A stretch of DNA of 59,010 bases from Pseudothermotoga sp. (GCA_031962025.1 JAVRKW010000010.1), one strand, 5' to 3'. Numbered from the stretch's first letter, positions 8,961 to 20,097 are shown. Numbers and translations are program-made. The notes: generated from the sequence alone by a model not told the origin.

Positions 8961-10018
8961 AAATGGCTCTGATTGGCTGCGGGAGAATTTCTCCAAAACA
9001 CGTCGAAGCCGTGATTGAAAATCGAGAAACTGTAAAGCTCTCAGCGGTATGCGATCTGGTCGTTCAAAAAGCCCAGACAGTGGCAAATCAGATAGACAAA
9101 GTTCTTGGTTACAGACCCAAAGTGTACACAGATTACAGAGAGATGCTGCGGACGGATGAGATAGATTTTGTGGCTATAGCAACTCCAAGTGGGACGCATT
9201 ACCAGATAGCAATTGATTGTTTGAATTACGGCAAACACGTGCTTGTTGAAAAACCAATGGCTCTGAGCACAGCTCATATGGACGAAATGGTGAGCTTGGC
9301 AGAAAAGAAAAATCTCAAACTCGGTGTGTGTTTTCAAAACAGATTCAATCCACCAGTTCAGGAACTGAGAAAAAAATTGCAAAGCAATGCCTTTGGCAGA
9401 ATATTCTACGGAACAATCAGCGTGAGATGGAACAGAAATGAAGATTATTACAAGCAGGCACCGTGGCGTGGTACGTGGGAACAGGATGGCGGGGTTTTGA
9501 TGAACCAGAGTATCCATGGTATTGATTTACTCCAATGGATGCTTGGTGGAAAACCAAAAAGAGTGCTTGGTTTGATAAAAAACATGAACCACCCGTATAT
9601 AGAATCGGAAGATCTGGGCATTGGAATAGTGGAATTCGAATCGGGTGCAGTTGGAATAATCGAAGGCACATCGAACATCTATGACAGAAATCTGGAAGAA
9701 GTTCTTTCCATTTTCGGTGAGAAAGGAACGGTGAAGATCGGAGGACTTGCGGTTAATCGCATTCTCACCTGGAGGTTTCCAAATGAAGACAGCCACCCGT
9801 ATATGAATCTCTCAGACCCAGATACCGTTTACGGAAGTGGACATGTTGCACTGTACAAAGATTTTTGCCAGTCGGTGGTGCAAAACCGTAAACCGTATAT
9901 AGACGGAAAAGAAGCGCAAAAGGCTGTACAGATAATTTTGGGGATTTACAAATCATCCCTTGAAAATAGATGGGTTGATCTACCAGTTGATTTTTCCACC
10001 ACAGAGATGAAAAGGTGA
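8951..10018 (+). CDS. Gfo/Idh/MocA oxidoreductase (WbpB/WlbA-like nucleotide-sugar 3-dehydrogenase)
   Basis: GCGRIS, EKPMA, QNRFN, WRGTW..DGG.LMNQ.IH..D. Confidence 0.9.
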   Translation: MALKMALIGCGRISPKHVEAVIENRETVKLSAVCDLVVQKAQTVANQIDKVLGYRPKVYTDYREMLRTDEIDFVAIATPSGTHYQIAIDCLNYGKHVLVEKPMALSTAHMDEMVSLAEKKNLKLGVCFQNRFNPPVQELRKKLQSNAFGRIFYGTISVRWNRNEDYYKQAPWRGTWEQDGGVLMNQSIHGIDLLQWMLGGKPKRVLGLIKNMNHPYIESEDLGIGIVEFESGAVGIIEGTSNIYDRNLEEVLSIFGEKGTVKIGGLAVNRILTWRFPNEDSHPYMNLSDPDTVYGSGHVALYKDFCQSVVQNRKPYIDGKEAQKAVQIILGIYKSSLENRWVDLPVDFSTTEMKR

Positions 10019-11652
10019 TTTACTTGAGAAAGTTGAAATGGTCGTTACTGATAACTCTGAGTTTAATAGTTGGATTTTATTACAGACCAGCTGTACCAAG
10101 CCTGATAGATATACTCTTCACTCTGTATGCGCTGATTGTCGCTTCTCTTTTATCGAGTGACCTTGGTTCAATACTGATTGTTTTTACAGCGTTACCGTAT
10201 GCTTTTTACATGCAAAGTACATTCGCACCCTTTGTGGTAAGTCTTGGGGTGCTATTTCGAATAGGAAGAATCAGTTTCAAAAACAGAATATCTGATGCAC
10301 TCATCTTTTTTGCGACAACCGCAATTTCCATGAGCATATCATGGATGTTTGCTGATCCGTACATTCGCTTTTTGTCTTTTGCCCTTCTGGCAGTTTTCTT
10401 GCATGCGCTTTTGAGTTATCTTTTCGATAAACCATCTCTGAGTGTTGATGAAGTTATATATGCTTCTTTCTTTGGATTGATAACTGCAATCGCAGCGAAT
10501 TTTAGTCATACAATCTCTCCAATTACTGTGATGATGGTATACCCTATTGGCTTTTTGATGTACTTAAAACTCCTTTCCAATAAAAAAACCCTGAAACTGT
10601 ACCAGTTAGAACACGAAAAATTTAAAAAATTCAGACAAAAACTCGCCGATTTGATAGAGCTGACAAACACGGTTTCGCAAAAAAGTACTGTTCAGCAGAG
10701 TCTTTCAGCCGTTGCTGAAGCCGTGAGCCATATCAGTGGTTATAAATATGTACTGATAAACATTCTGGACAGAGAAAATGGCAAAATAATCAGAGCGGCA
10801 CATCACGGAATGAGTCAGGAAGAATTTGAAAGGCTCAGGTCAAATCCCCCACCGATAGAATTCATTTCAAAATTCATGCAGGAACGATTCAAAATCAGCA
10901 ACTCTTATTTTATTCCACAGAATGCCTTAGATCTACCGGCTGAGTATGTGGCGGTCTTTTTAAATTCCCAATCAGATCTTTTAAAAGAACCAGATGCATG
11001 GCAGCCAGAAGATATGCTCATCGTTCCTGTTTACAGCCCATATCAGGATCTTGTGGGATACATATCGGTTGACGTGCCGTTGGATGGGAAGCGACCTTCT
11101 ATTGAAGATGTTCAAATAATGGAATTGATCGCAAACCAGATTTACAAGTTGCTCGAGCGTTCCCAGACCTATCAGAGCATCGTGGTCAAACAGCCTTATG
11201 ATCAGCACACACTGCTTTTGACACACTCGGCTTTTCTTGGAGTTCTTGAAGCAGAATGTCAAAAAGGACAACTATTTGCGGTGGCTATAATCGACATAGA
11301 CGATCTGACGAAAATAAACTCCCTGTATGGTCATGAAACTGGAGACAGGATCATAGAAAAAATAGCAGAGATACTCAGAAACAAAACCAGAAAATCAGAT
11401 GTGGCGGCACGCTACGGTGGTGAAGAATTCGCAATTATTCTGAGAAATGTTTCAAAATCCAAAGCAATCGAAATTACCAACAGAATCCTCGATGAAATCA
11501 GAAGTGTAAAAGAGGTCGTCAATGTCACAGCAAGTGCCGGCATCGGCATCTTCCCGGACCACGGAACTGACCGGGAAAGTATCATAAAATACGCGTTGAA
11601 AGCCCTTGAAATAGCCAAAAAATCCGGTAAAGACAGACTGATGGTGCTTTAA
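10015..11652 (+). CDS. Membrane GAF-domain diguanylate cyclase
   Basis: N-terminal TM helices, GAF-like middle region, RKSD..RYGGEEF. Confidence 0.9.
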   Translation: MIYLRKLKWSLLITLSLIVGFYYRPAVPSLIDILFTLYALIVASLLSSDLGSILIVFTALPYAFYMQSTFAPFVVSLGVLFRIGRISFKNRISDALIFFATTAISMSISWMFADPYIRFLSFALLAVFLHALLSYLFDKPSLSVDEVIYASFFGLITAIAANFSHTISPITVMMVYPIGFLMYLKLLSNKKTLKLYQLEHEKFKKFRQKLADLIELTNTVSQKSTVQQSLSAVAEAVSHISGYKYVLINILDRENGKIIRAAHHGMSQEEFERLRSNPPPIEFISKFMQERFKISNSYFIPQNALDLPAEYVAVFLNSQSDLLKEPDAWQPEDMLIVPVYSPYQDLVGYISVDVPLDGKRPSIEDVQIMELIANQIYKLLERSQTYQSIVVKQPYDQHTLLLTHSAFLGVLEAECQKGQLFAVAIIDIDDLTKINSLYGHETGDRIIEKIAEILRNKTRKSDVAARYGGEEFAIILRNVSKSKAIEITNRILDEIRSVKEVVNVTASAGIGIFPDHGTDRESIIKYALKALEIAKKSGKDRLMVL

Positions 11653-14159
11653 AGGATGAGCGTCAGGACCGGTTCAACTCCGGCAATCTGCAAAAGTTTT
11701 TGATCGCTGGTGAAAATTATGATCTGTCTGTGTTTGGATTCTTCTTTCAGTATCTGTACGGCTTTTTCAAGTCGAGTCTCGTCAAATCTTATCAGAAAAT
11801 TGTCCATGACCAGCGGTATGGGATCTTCTGGTTGCAGTGTGTTGTACAGCGCTATCTTGTAGCAGAGCAACAGTTGGTCCAGTGTAGCCCGGCTGAGCGT
11901 GTCGACTGTGCTAGCGAGCTGATTTCTCACAAAAAACCTCACCGAAAGATCCTTCTCAACAACCATGCTCTTTGACAAATCGGTGAATCTGCTGAACAGA
12001 TCTTTCAAAATCCTTGAGAATTTCTCCGCGTAAGCGCCAGTCAGGTTAGCCAGTTCGCTGTGCAAAAGTTCCTTCACACAGGCTGACTGGCTTCTCAACC
12101 TTGAGTATGCCTCTTTTTCGAGCTTTTTCAAGGAAAGTCGATGTATCTGATCTGTGATATCCACCGAAAGATCGATCTGGGAGATTTGTTCATCTATCTT
12201 TTTGATTTTCTCTGAAAGATTTTCCTGCTTTTTCATTAGATCTGCCACAGATTCTTCTATGCCTTTCTTTTGATCCACGAGCTCTGCAAGTCTCTGGTAG
12301 TTCTGTGCCAGAGCAATGAGGTCTCTTCGTCTGGAAATTTGCTGAACTTTGAGTATCTGATCTATTTTCTGTTGAATCTGTTCTATCTTCGAGCTTCTTT
12401 CAAATGCCAGTTGAAGCTGCTGCATATTCTCTATTCCAAATGAATCGATCTTCGACGAAAACTGCGCTGACAAATGCGACAGGTCCTGTTTTGTTTTTTC
12501 AAGTTCGCCTTTATTCTGTTCAATGGACTGCCCGAGTAAAAAGTATTCCAGTTGCTTTCTTTCAAGGTTTTCAACAAGTTCATTCAGTCTAAGTATCACG
12601 CTTGGAACATCTTTTATATCTTCTGCCCCGAATCTTTTGAGTTCACCCACCAGAGCTTCTTGCTCCAGAGAAATTTTTTCTTTGAGCTTTTCCATTTGTT
12701 GATCTTCATTCAACCATTTATTGTACTGTTCATAAGCCTCTTTCAGCTCTTCCAGACTGTTCACACCGAAGGTACTCAGAACACGCTGAACGGCTGATTG
12801 TTTTTTCTTCTCAGCCGAACGAAACTCGAGCTGGAGCTTTATTTTCTGTTCGTCTTCCTGTTCGAGCTTTTTCATAGTTCTGCTCAGCAGGAAAAAGAAC
12901 ACAGCTGAGCCCGCACCGCTGAGTACAGATACATAAAACCATGCAAAGTTTATAAATCCCAATCCTATTGCAACTGCTGAAAAGACAAGTGCAGCAAGGC
13001 TCAAAATACGCTCCAACTTTGCACGATCCCTGTGTCTTGAAATTTCAGATTCTATGAACTGCAATTTGTTGTTTATTTGCCTCATTTCAAGCTCTATAGA
13101 AGTGGGCACTTCCGATTCAAGAGAATGAAGGATTCTATCCCCTTCGCGTTTGAAAATCTCCCAGTTTGGGCGGTACTTTGCCCTGTGATTTTCAAGTTGT
13201 TCCAACCTGTTTTCCAAAATTCTGTAACTCAGCTCGAAGTTCTTTACCCTCAATTTGACTTTCTCCAGATCTTCCTGCCAGCCAAGCTCGTTTTTCATAT
13301 CGTTTATCTGTTTTTCAACTTCTGAGCGTTTTTTGATGAGCTCCTCAACTTTATTCTGAAGTTGTTCATATCTTTGCCTGGTGTTTTCAATCTGCTGGTG
13401 GAGTCTGATAATCTCTTCATATTCTTTTGCACCGATAATTGGTAACTGTCTTTCTGTGCTGAGCTCTTCTTGAAGCTCCTTCAGTTGTTTATCAAGCTGT
13501 TCATCGATTTTCTTTAATTCTTCGTTTATACCAGAATTGACCTGTTCAAGTTCATCGAGTAATTTCTGTCTGTGATTAACAAGCTCGTTCATATCGCTCT
13601 GTGCACTTGATTTTTCTTTGATCAGCGCGAAAAGCCGATATCTTTTTTGTTTAAATTCGTCGATCTGTTTTTGTAAAAGATCGATCTGTCCGTCGATGTT
13701 TTTTTCAATTTCCAGCAGTTTCTCTTCAAACTCCGGCTGTCTTCTCAAAAATGTTGAAATTCTCTCGGCTTCTTCAAGCTGTGCCATTTTGTTTTTGAGT
13801 CTGGCTATGATGGTCTCGTCTGTTTTGAGCAACTCGATCACATCTTCTTCGTCTGAAAGCAAGCTGATCGATTCGACATACCTTCTGTCAAGCAAAGGCT
13901 GCTGGATTGCAATCTCTTCCTCTGTATCCCTTTCGACGATCAGAGAGCCACCGAATTCATCCAGATTCCATGGTTTGTAACGGGCTAACTCGTCTTCGGA
14001 AAGTCCGCCCAGACCGGACAGTATGAACCGATAAAGAGTGGTTTTACCCGACTCATTCGGTCCAAAAACGACATTTATGCCGTCTGTAAAATTCACCTGA
14101 CAATCGTGGAATTTCCCAAAGCCTTTTATCTTCAAGCTTTTTATCTTCAGAATGCTCAC
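11649..14159 (-). CDS. SMC/Rad50-like ATPase (YhaN-like) with long coiled coil and two TM helices
   Basis: IKGFGKF, GPNESGKTT, coiled coil, central hydrophobic pair, LSRAT.DQL signature, LVMDN..IRFD. Confidence 0.85.
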   Translation of the reverse strand: MSILKIKSLKIKGFGKFHDCQVNFTDGINVVFGPNESGKTTLYRFILSGLGGLSEDELARYKPWNLDEFGGSLIVERDTEEEIAIQQPLLDRRYVESISLLSDEEDVIELLKTDETIIARLKNKMAQLEEAERISTFLRRQPEFEEKLLEIEKNIDGQIDLLQKQIDEFKQKRYRLFALIKEKSSAQSDMNELVNHRQKLLDELEQVNSGINEELKKIDEQLDKQLKELQEELSTERQLPIIGAKEYEEIIRLHQQIENTRQRYEQLQNKVEELIKKRSEVEKQINDMKNELGWQEDLEKVKLRVKNFELSYRILENRLEQLENHRAKYRPNWEIFKREGDRILHSLESEVPTSIELEMRQINNKLQFIESEISRHRDRAKLERILSLAALVFSAVAIGLGFINFAWFYVSVLSGAGSAVFFFLLSRTMKKLEQEDEQKIKLQLEFRSAEKKKQSAVQRVLSTFGVNSLEELKEAYEQYNKWLNEDQQMEKLKEKISLEQEALVGELKRFGAEDIKDVPSVILRLNELVENLERKQLEYFLLGQSIEQNKGELEKTKQDLSHLSAQFSSKIDSFGIENMQQLQLAFERSSKIEQIQQKIDQILKVQQISRRRDLIALAQNYQRLAELVDQKKGIEESVADLMKKQENLSEKIKKIDEQISQIDLSVDITDQIHRLSLKKLEKEAYSRLRSQSACVKELLHSELANLTGAYAEKFSRILKDLFSRFTDLSKSMVVEKDLSVRFFVRNQLASTVDTLSRATLDQLLLCYKIALYNTLQPEDPIPLVMDNFLIRFDETRLEKAVQILKEESKHRQIIIFTSDQKLLQIAGVEPVLTLIL

Positions 14160-14767
14160 CCCTCACAGAAATCTATCAGTTGAATTAGAAAACAGACAGC
14201 CTTTTGTGTCATCTTCTCGCTGATTCTTCTTTCAAGTGCGTCCTTTGGATCTCTACAAACAAAAGCGACTTTGTTGCCAAACAACTCTGCCTGCTGTGCT
14301 TTGGAAAAGGTCACAAAATCAGCAAGATAACCAATTACGCCGGTTGGAAGATTGGCTGGATTTTCAATCTGCTTTGGCACGATACCGCCGGTTGAACTTT
14401 CCACAACCTGCCATTTGCCGTCATCTGACAGAAGAAAAACCGGTTTTTCAGTCAAAATAGGATTTGAAGAAAATTTCGTGTCGAGTTTCTTTTGAACCAA
14501 TTCTATATTGCTCAGTTTGAGATTGTCCAAAAGGCCGTCGCTTTGATCGATCTTCAAATTACATGGAGCAAGCGAAAGGATCTGAACAATCTGCGAAGGC
14601 AGTGCAAGATCACCGAAAAGATCCACCGCGATATGTTCATCAGCATCAAATCGGAGAAACTCAAGAAAGATCTCCTTTTTAGCGTTCGTCACCTGCTCAT
14701 AATCCAAGGGAAATTGAGCGTCTTTTGAATCATAAAGCCTCAAACCCAGCAAATAAATCTCTTTCAC
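14156..14767 (-). CDS. Hypothetical protein, possibly a degenerate YhaO/Mre11-like partner
   Basis: Translationally coupled to the ATPase (4-nt overlap); AVDLFGD resembles AGDLFD but the metal-binding motifs are missing. Confidence 0.6.
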   Translation of the reverse strand: MKEIYLLGLRLYDSKDAQFPLDYEQVTNAKKEIFLEFLRFDADEHIAVDLFGDLALPSQIVQILSLAPCNLKIDQSDGLLDNLKLSNIELVQKKLDTKFSSNPILTEKPVFLLSDDGKWQVVESSTGGIVPKQIENPANLPTGVIGYLADFVTFSKAQQAELFGNKVAFVCRDPKDALERRISEKMTQKAVCFLIQLIDFCEG

Positions 14768-14778
14768 ACACTCACCAC

Positions 14779-16761
14779 CTACTTGAAGTCTACTTCGTAC
14801 AGGACAAAATCGTAACCTTTCAATCTGCAAGCTAAAGTTTTAGATGGTTTTTCTTCGTTCCAGCCTGATCTGTTCCACATCCTGACTCTTTCAACATCCA
14901 GGGACCTGCCACAGGTTTTTTCAAGTTCAACCAGAATTTCTCTCTCATTTTCATCGAGGTTGGCAATTACCACAATCGCTTTGGAGTCCTTCCAGTACGA
15001 GATGTTGGCTGTTTTTCCATCCTGCCAGTTCAGGTATACCGGTTTGTACGTTCCATTCACGATAAGATCCGAAAATTGTTTTCTGAGCTGAACGGTTTGA
15101 GACAAAAATTCCATTAACTCTGATTCTTTCCAGTGCATCACGTAGTGATCGAAAAATGCGAGTTTTCCCTGAAATTCGTCTTCGCAGGAGAGCGTGAATC
15201 TGCCACATGCGTCGTTGTCAAGCCCCAGGTTCATCGGTTGTGTTTCTTCAATTTCCTGACCTGAATTGATCATCAAAACCCCATTTGGAACAAAGGCACA
15301 GAGAAATGCCGTCAGGTACTTCAATTTTCCGTCTTTTCTGTAAGCAATTCTTGGAGTATCTGGCGTCTCGGCACATGCAATATATAAAAGAGCAATATCA
15401 ACAGCCGTTGACTGGACAAATTCATAGGTCTTTTCATGAACCCTCGGAAGCATCCACCAACTGTTTCCAATGATGAGATCGTATCCTGCGTCCTTAGCTT
15501 CCTTAGCTCTGTGCATTTCAAGTTCTTCGGCTATGAAGACAAAAGATGGATCGTATGATCTTGCATTCTGAATGATCATCTGTTCAAGCTCATCTGGCAG
15601 GGCATGTCCCATGTCCAACCTTATGCCATCGATGCCGAATTTTTTCTGAAAATACGGAATCACCGAGGCAATGTAATTCCACAATTCTCTGTTCACAACC
15701 TTGCCGGGAAAGCGGCTCGCTTTGATCACATCAAACAGGACATAAGGCGGTTGGTTGTGATCGACTTTGCCTTCTGCGGTCATGGGATGATCAAGATAAA
15801 GTCTCAAGAAAGTTACATCATCCCATGTGGGCTGCGGATCGTTTATCCAGTCTGAAAAACCCGGCGCAGTTACTATACCAAAATGCTTCACAATGTTTTG
15901 CATGAAATTCTCTTCAGTTGAATCTTTTTTTATCTGTTCCCATTTTTGAGGGTCGATCGTTTTCGGATCGAAAGTGAATTTCTTAAGATGGTTTTTCACC
16001 TGTTCTTTATCGTATATCTCTCTCATATTCTCAAAATCCGGCTGGCAAAAACCAAGTCCCGCAATCTGCGGTGGTCTGTAATCTACCAGTTCATCTACTT
16101 TGATCCAGTAGAACCAATCCGGATGCTCCATGATCAAATTACAATCTCTTGCGCTGGTTCTGGGTATGAAATCCAGTACCACCCTTATGCCGAGTATGTG
16201 GCATGCCTCGACCAGAGCCAAAAATTCATCATCAACAGTCCAGCCTTCAAGTAATGGATCATGATAAGCAGGATCTATTTTCAAAAAGTCCTTCACCGAA
16301 TAAGGTGAACCGATCTCACCTTTTTTGAACATCTGACTGCTCTGGGTAATGGGCAAAAGGTACAGCACATTTACACCAAGTTTCACAAGATGCGGCAAAA
16401 AAGCTATCATTTTCAAAAATGTGCCGGTTTCACGATACCCGAGTATGTCATCTGGTTCGAACCTGCCGGATCCTTTGTGGTTGTAAGCCGTGGTGCTCCT
16501 GACCAGCGAAGAGTATATAACCGCGTCTTTGATCCAGCTTCGATCCTTTATTCCTTTTTGCAAACTCAAAGATATGCCATAATCACTGCCTTTTTTCTTT
16601 TCCAAGATCCATTCGATTATTGATTTAAAGTAAGCACCGGGTTCTACGAAAACTCTGTCGTTTTCGAATTTTGCCGGTCCATTGTATTTCTCAAAAAACC
16701 AGTTCTTTGGTATGCAATAATCGGCTTTCTTCCTTTGCTTTATGGATATTTTCTCGATCAT
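14779..16761 (-). CDS. GH13 maltodextrin glycosyltransferase (Thermotoga maltosyltransferase-type)
   Basis: SPYSVK, DFIPRT..RD, DGIRLDMGHALP, IAEEL, ETPDTPR. Confidence 0.9.
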   Translation of the reverse strand: MIEKISIKQRKKADYCIPKNWFFEKYNGPAKFENDRVFVEPGAYFKSIIEWILEKKKGSDYGISLSLQKGIKDRSWIKDAVIYSSLVRSTTAYNHKGSGRFEPDDILGYRETGTFLKMIAFLPHLVKLGVNVLYLLPITQSSQMFKKGEIGSPYSVKDFLKIDPAYHDPLLEGWTVDDEFLALVEACHILGIRVVLDFIPRTSARDCNLIMEHPDWFYWIKVDELVDYRPPQIAGLGFCQPDFENMREIYDKEQVKNHLKKFTFDPKTIDPQKWEQIKKDSTEENFMQNIVKHFGIVTAPGFSDWINDPQPTWDDVTFLRLYLDHPMTAEGKVDHNQPPYVLFDVIKASRFPGKVVNRELWNYIASVIPYFQKKFGIDGIRLDMGHALPDELEQMIIQNARSYDPSFVFIAEELEMHRAKEAKDAGYDLIIGNSWWMLPRVHEKTYEFVQSTAVDIALLYIACAETPDTPRIAYRKDGKLKYLTAFLCAFVPNGVLMINSGQEIEETQPMNLGLDNDACGRFTLSCEDEFQGKLAFFDHYVMHWKESELMEFLSQTVQLRKQFSDLIVNGTYKPVYLNWQDGKTANISYWKDSKAIVVIANLDENEREILVELEKTCGRSLDVERVRMWNRSGWNEEKPSKTLACRLKGYDFVLYEVDFK

Positions 16762-16772
16762 CTTTGATCACC

Positions 16773-17978
16773 TCAATAACTTTCAAGGTATCTTTTTTGC
16801 TCGACTGACAGTTCATCGATTTTCACATTCATCGCCTGCAGTTTCATTCTGGCTACTTTTTCGTCGATCTCTTTTGGAACTGGATAAACATCGGGCTCAA
16901 GATCGTTAGTTGATAGATAGATCAGAGACATAGCCTGAACGGCAAAAGAAAGATCCATTATTTCGACAGGATGTCCATCTGCAGCAGCCAGGTTCACGAG
17001 TCTTCCTTCGGCGAGCAAAAACACAGTCCGACCATTGTTTAAAACATATCCCACGACATTTGGACGTGCTTCGAATTTTTCAACGCATAGATGTTCAAGT
17101 GCTCTGACGTCTATTTCAACGTTGAAATGACCTGCGTTTGCAAGAATCGCACCATCTTTCATTTTTAGAAATTCTTCTACGGATATCACTGAAGTGTTAC
17201 CGGTGACTGTGACAAAAAAGTCCCCAAGGGCAGCCGCATCTTTCATCTGCATTACTTCAAAGCCGTCCATCAATGCTTCAAGGGCTTTTACGGGATCGAC
17301 TTCGGTGATTATAACCCTTGCCCCCAGTCCCTTTGCCCTCATCGCCACACCCTTACCACACCAGCCATACCCAGCCACTACAACTGTTTTACCGGCAACG
17401 GAAAGGTTTGTATTTCTCATAATGCTGTCCCATGTAGACTGACCTGTACCGTATCGGTTGTCAAAAAGATGTTTTGTGAACGCATCATTAACCGCTATAA
17501 CCGGCACCTTCAGCCTGTTTTGTCTGTGTAGGGCACGAAGTCTTTTCAGACCAGTTGTTGTTTCTTCCGTCACACCCCTTAAGTTCTCAAGCGCATCCGG
17601 CATCTGAATATGTGCGGTGACAGTGAGATCGGCACCGTCATCCAGCAAAAGATCAGGCTTTGCCTGCAGTACCGAATAGATGCCTTTCATATAAACAGCT
17701 TCATCGCTTGTGTGCTTTGCAAACACATTGAGCCCATTTTCTTTGAGAGCCTCTGCAACGTCATCCTGCGTGCTCAGCGGGTTGCTGCCTGTTATGAAAA
17801 CCTCTGCACCCAGTTTTTTTATCAGCAGGGCAAGATACGCTGTTTTTGCCTCAAGATGAATCGACATTCCAACTCTAAGACCATTCAGCGGCTTTCTTGA
17901 AGCGTATTCAGCCTCAATGGAATTCAAAAGTGGCATGAATCTGCTGACCCAGTCGATTTTTTTCTGCCCAGAGTTCAT
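16773..17978 (-). CDS. ahcY: Adenosylhomocysteinase
   Basis: HLEAKTA, SNPLSTQD, EETTTG, KHLFDNRYGTGQS, GYGWCGKG, GRLVNL. Confidence 0.97.
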   Translation of the reverse strand: MNSGQKKIDWVSRFMPLLNSIEAEYASRKPLNGLRVGMSIHLEAKTAYLALLIKKLGAEVFITGSNPLSTQDDVAEALKENGLNVFAKHTSDEAVYMKGIYSVLQAKPDLLLDDGADLTVTAHIQMPDALENLRGVTEETTTGLKRLRALHRQNRLKVPVIAVNDAFTKHLFDNRYGTGQSTWDSIMRNTNLSVAGKTVVVAGYGWCGKGVAMRAKGLGARVIITEVDPVKALEALMDGFEVMQMKDAAALGDFFVTVTGNTSVISVEEFLKMKDGAILANAGHFNVEIDVRALEHLCVEKFEARPNVVGYVLNNGRTVFLLAEGRLVNLAAADGHPVEIMDLSFAVQAMSLIYLSTNDLEPDVYPVPKEIDEKVARMKLQAMNVKIDELSVEQKRYLESY

Positions 17979-17987
17979 ACAATCACC

Positions 17988-19031
17988 TCACATAAATTTT
18001 CTAACAAGATCGATCGCATTGTTGGGACAAACCTCATGACACACATAACATCTAATACATTTATCGTAATCAATCGCATATTTTGAAATTTCAATAGCCC
18101 GTGCAGGACATCTTTCTTCACATATTTTACATTGAACACACCGTTTTTTGGAAATCTTTGGTACCCTGATCATACTCCTTGCCACATTTCTGAGAAACCC
18201 CGGCACAGGCAAAGCCTGAGCGGTCACGGGAAGTTCTATTGTTGAACTCCATTCTCCATCTATTTCGTAAGATGGCACAAGGTTTCTTTTCAGTGCCTCT
18301 TTGAGCACAAAAATCTTTTCTGGCTCGATCCCCAATCTTTTACAGATGGCATGATCAAGTGCAAAAGCGTTTTCACTCACCGCTATGACTCCGAACTTTT
18401 TTATCTTTCCGCTGGCTGGTCCATTTTTTTCCATCCCGATGACTCCATCTATGATATTGAGAACCGGATTGACAAGAAGATGAACATCCACAAGCAGTGA
18501 AGCAAAATTCTCGTTTGTGGCACACCTTATATGCCATCCTGATTTTTCAAGCCCCGGTATACAGCCAAAGGTGTTTTTCACCGCAAGGGTAAGGATCATC
18601 TGTGAATGTGTCTTGAGCTTTGCTATGTTTACAACCTTATCCACCTTGAGTACTTTTGAACTGATCTTTATTTTCCTGTACACCTGCCCGTCCACTTCAG
18701 CAGGATCGTCGAGTTCAACTACTGGAACTGAAAGTTTTTCACATACCTGTGCAATCCCAGATTCATAAGCCGCTCTTTTGAGATTCGTCGAAGCCGGGTT
18801 GTCCCCAACAACCGGCACAGTTCCAAGATCGATCAGGAACCTGAGAACAGACTCCACCACAGCCGGATGAGTTGTCACTCCCTGTTGCGGTTTTTTTGCA
18901 GAAAGCAAATTTGGTTTTACAAGAACAGATTCTCCTTTTTTGAAAAGATCAGAGAAATTTCTCTCGAGCAATGGTTTAAGCACACTGTCCACCTTTTCGT
19001 AAGAATCACAATTTTTCAGAAAGACTTTCAA
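17988..19031 (-). CDS. DUF362 domain protein with C-terminal 2x[4Fe-4S] ferredoxin domain
   Basis: VKPNLL, TTHP, KLKTH, KNTFG; CxxCxxCxxxCP twice. Confidence 0.9.
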   Translation of the reverse strand: MKVFLKNCDSYEKVDSVLKPLLERNFSDLFKKGESVLVKPNLLSAKKPQQGVTTHPAVVESVLRFLIDLGTVPVVGDNPASTNLKRAAYESGIAQVCEKLSVPVVELDDPAEVDGQVYRKIKISSKVLKVDKVVNIAKLKTHSQMILTLAVKNTFGCIPGLEKSGWHIRCATNENFASLLVDVHLLVNPVLNIIDGVIGMEKNGPASGKIKKFGVIAVSENAFALDHAICKRLGIEPEKIFVLKEALKRNLVPSYEIDGEWSSTIELPVTAQALPVPGFLRNVARSMIRVPKISKKRCVQCKICEERCPARAIEISKYAIDYDKCIRCYVCHEVCPNNAIDLVRKFM

Positions 19032-19104
19032 AGGTCTTCCTCCTTTCTTTGAATATTCTACTTGAATTTGGTTAACATTCTCGCTATCATAAACTCCTGC
19101 GTGT

Positions 19105-20037
19105 ATGATTGTACTGGAAGGTGATTCTCTGACACAGACCGTGGTGAATCAGGTACTGATGATCTTTTTATTGATAGGTTTTGGATACTTTTTGAGAAAG
19201 ATAAATATCATGAACGACGGATTTACAAAAGGTGCCACTGATTTGATAATCTACATCACACTACCAGCCATGGTGCTATCTTCCATGGACAGGGATTTTT
19301 CAAAAGAGCTTGCTTCAAACGGCATGATCATATTTCTGCTCGGTGCACTGATGTATGCCGTGCTCGCTGCTTTAGCTTTTGTATTTGTTTGGATCAGAAA
19401 GATCAATGCGCAGGATAAAGGCGTATACCTGTACATGGTGATCTTTGGAAATGTCGGGTACCTTGGATATCCAGTTGCAAAAATCGCATTTGGGGATATA
19501 GGAGTTTTCTACACCGCATTTTTCAACATATGGTTTCAGCTTCTAACCTGGACCTTAGGTGTAAAAATCATGTCAAAAAGCAAAATAAAAATAATTAGAT
19601 TGATTCTCAATCCGGGACTTTCTGCGACATTGCTCGGTGTGATGATTTTCTTTTTTTCATGGGATCTTCCGACTGTCATCAAAAACACCCTGGAAACAGT
19701 TGGTGGCATGACTGTGCCCCTTGCCATGTTTGTTGTCGGCGCATTTCTTGCAGATGCAAAGTTCTCTGACTTTATCACAAAGATCGATCTATATCTTGCC
19801 TCGATAACAAAATTAGCCATAGGTCCTTTGATAATGGCAATGATACTCTACAGGACAAATTTGCCCATTATCATTAAATCCATCCCCATAATAATGAGCG
19901 GCATGCCGTCCGGTGTGAATACAGCCATCTTTGCCAGAATGTTTGACACAGACTACAAACTCGCATCCCAGGGTGTCGTGCTCTCAACAGCACTGTCTTT
20001 GATAAGCCTGCCGATTTTGCTGACATTGGTGCTTTGA
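19105..20037 (+). CDS. AEC (auxin efflux carrier) family transporter
   Basis: ~10 TM; FGNVGYLGYPV, PLAM..VG, MPS motifs. Confidence 0.9.
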   Translation: MIVLEGDSLTQTVVNQVLMIFLLIGFGYFLRKINIMNDGFTKGATDLIIYITLPAMVLSSMDRDFSKELASNGMIIFLLGALMYAVLAALAFVFVWIRKINAQDKGVYLYMVIFGNVGYLGYPVAKIAFGDIGVFYTAFFNIWFQLLTWTLGVKIMSKSKIKIIRLILNPGLSATLLGVMIFFFSWDLPTVIKNTLETVGGMTVPLAMFVVGAFLADAKFSDFITKIDLYLASITKLAIGPLIMAMILYRTNLPIIIKSIPIIMSGMPSGVNTAIFARMFDTDYKLASQGVVLSTALSLISLPILLTLVL

Positions 20038-20097
20038 AAATCATGTTCAGAAAGACTCTTGTCACCTGCGAAGATCTGTGCTAAAATCATTTTCAGT

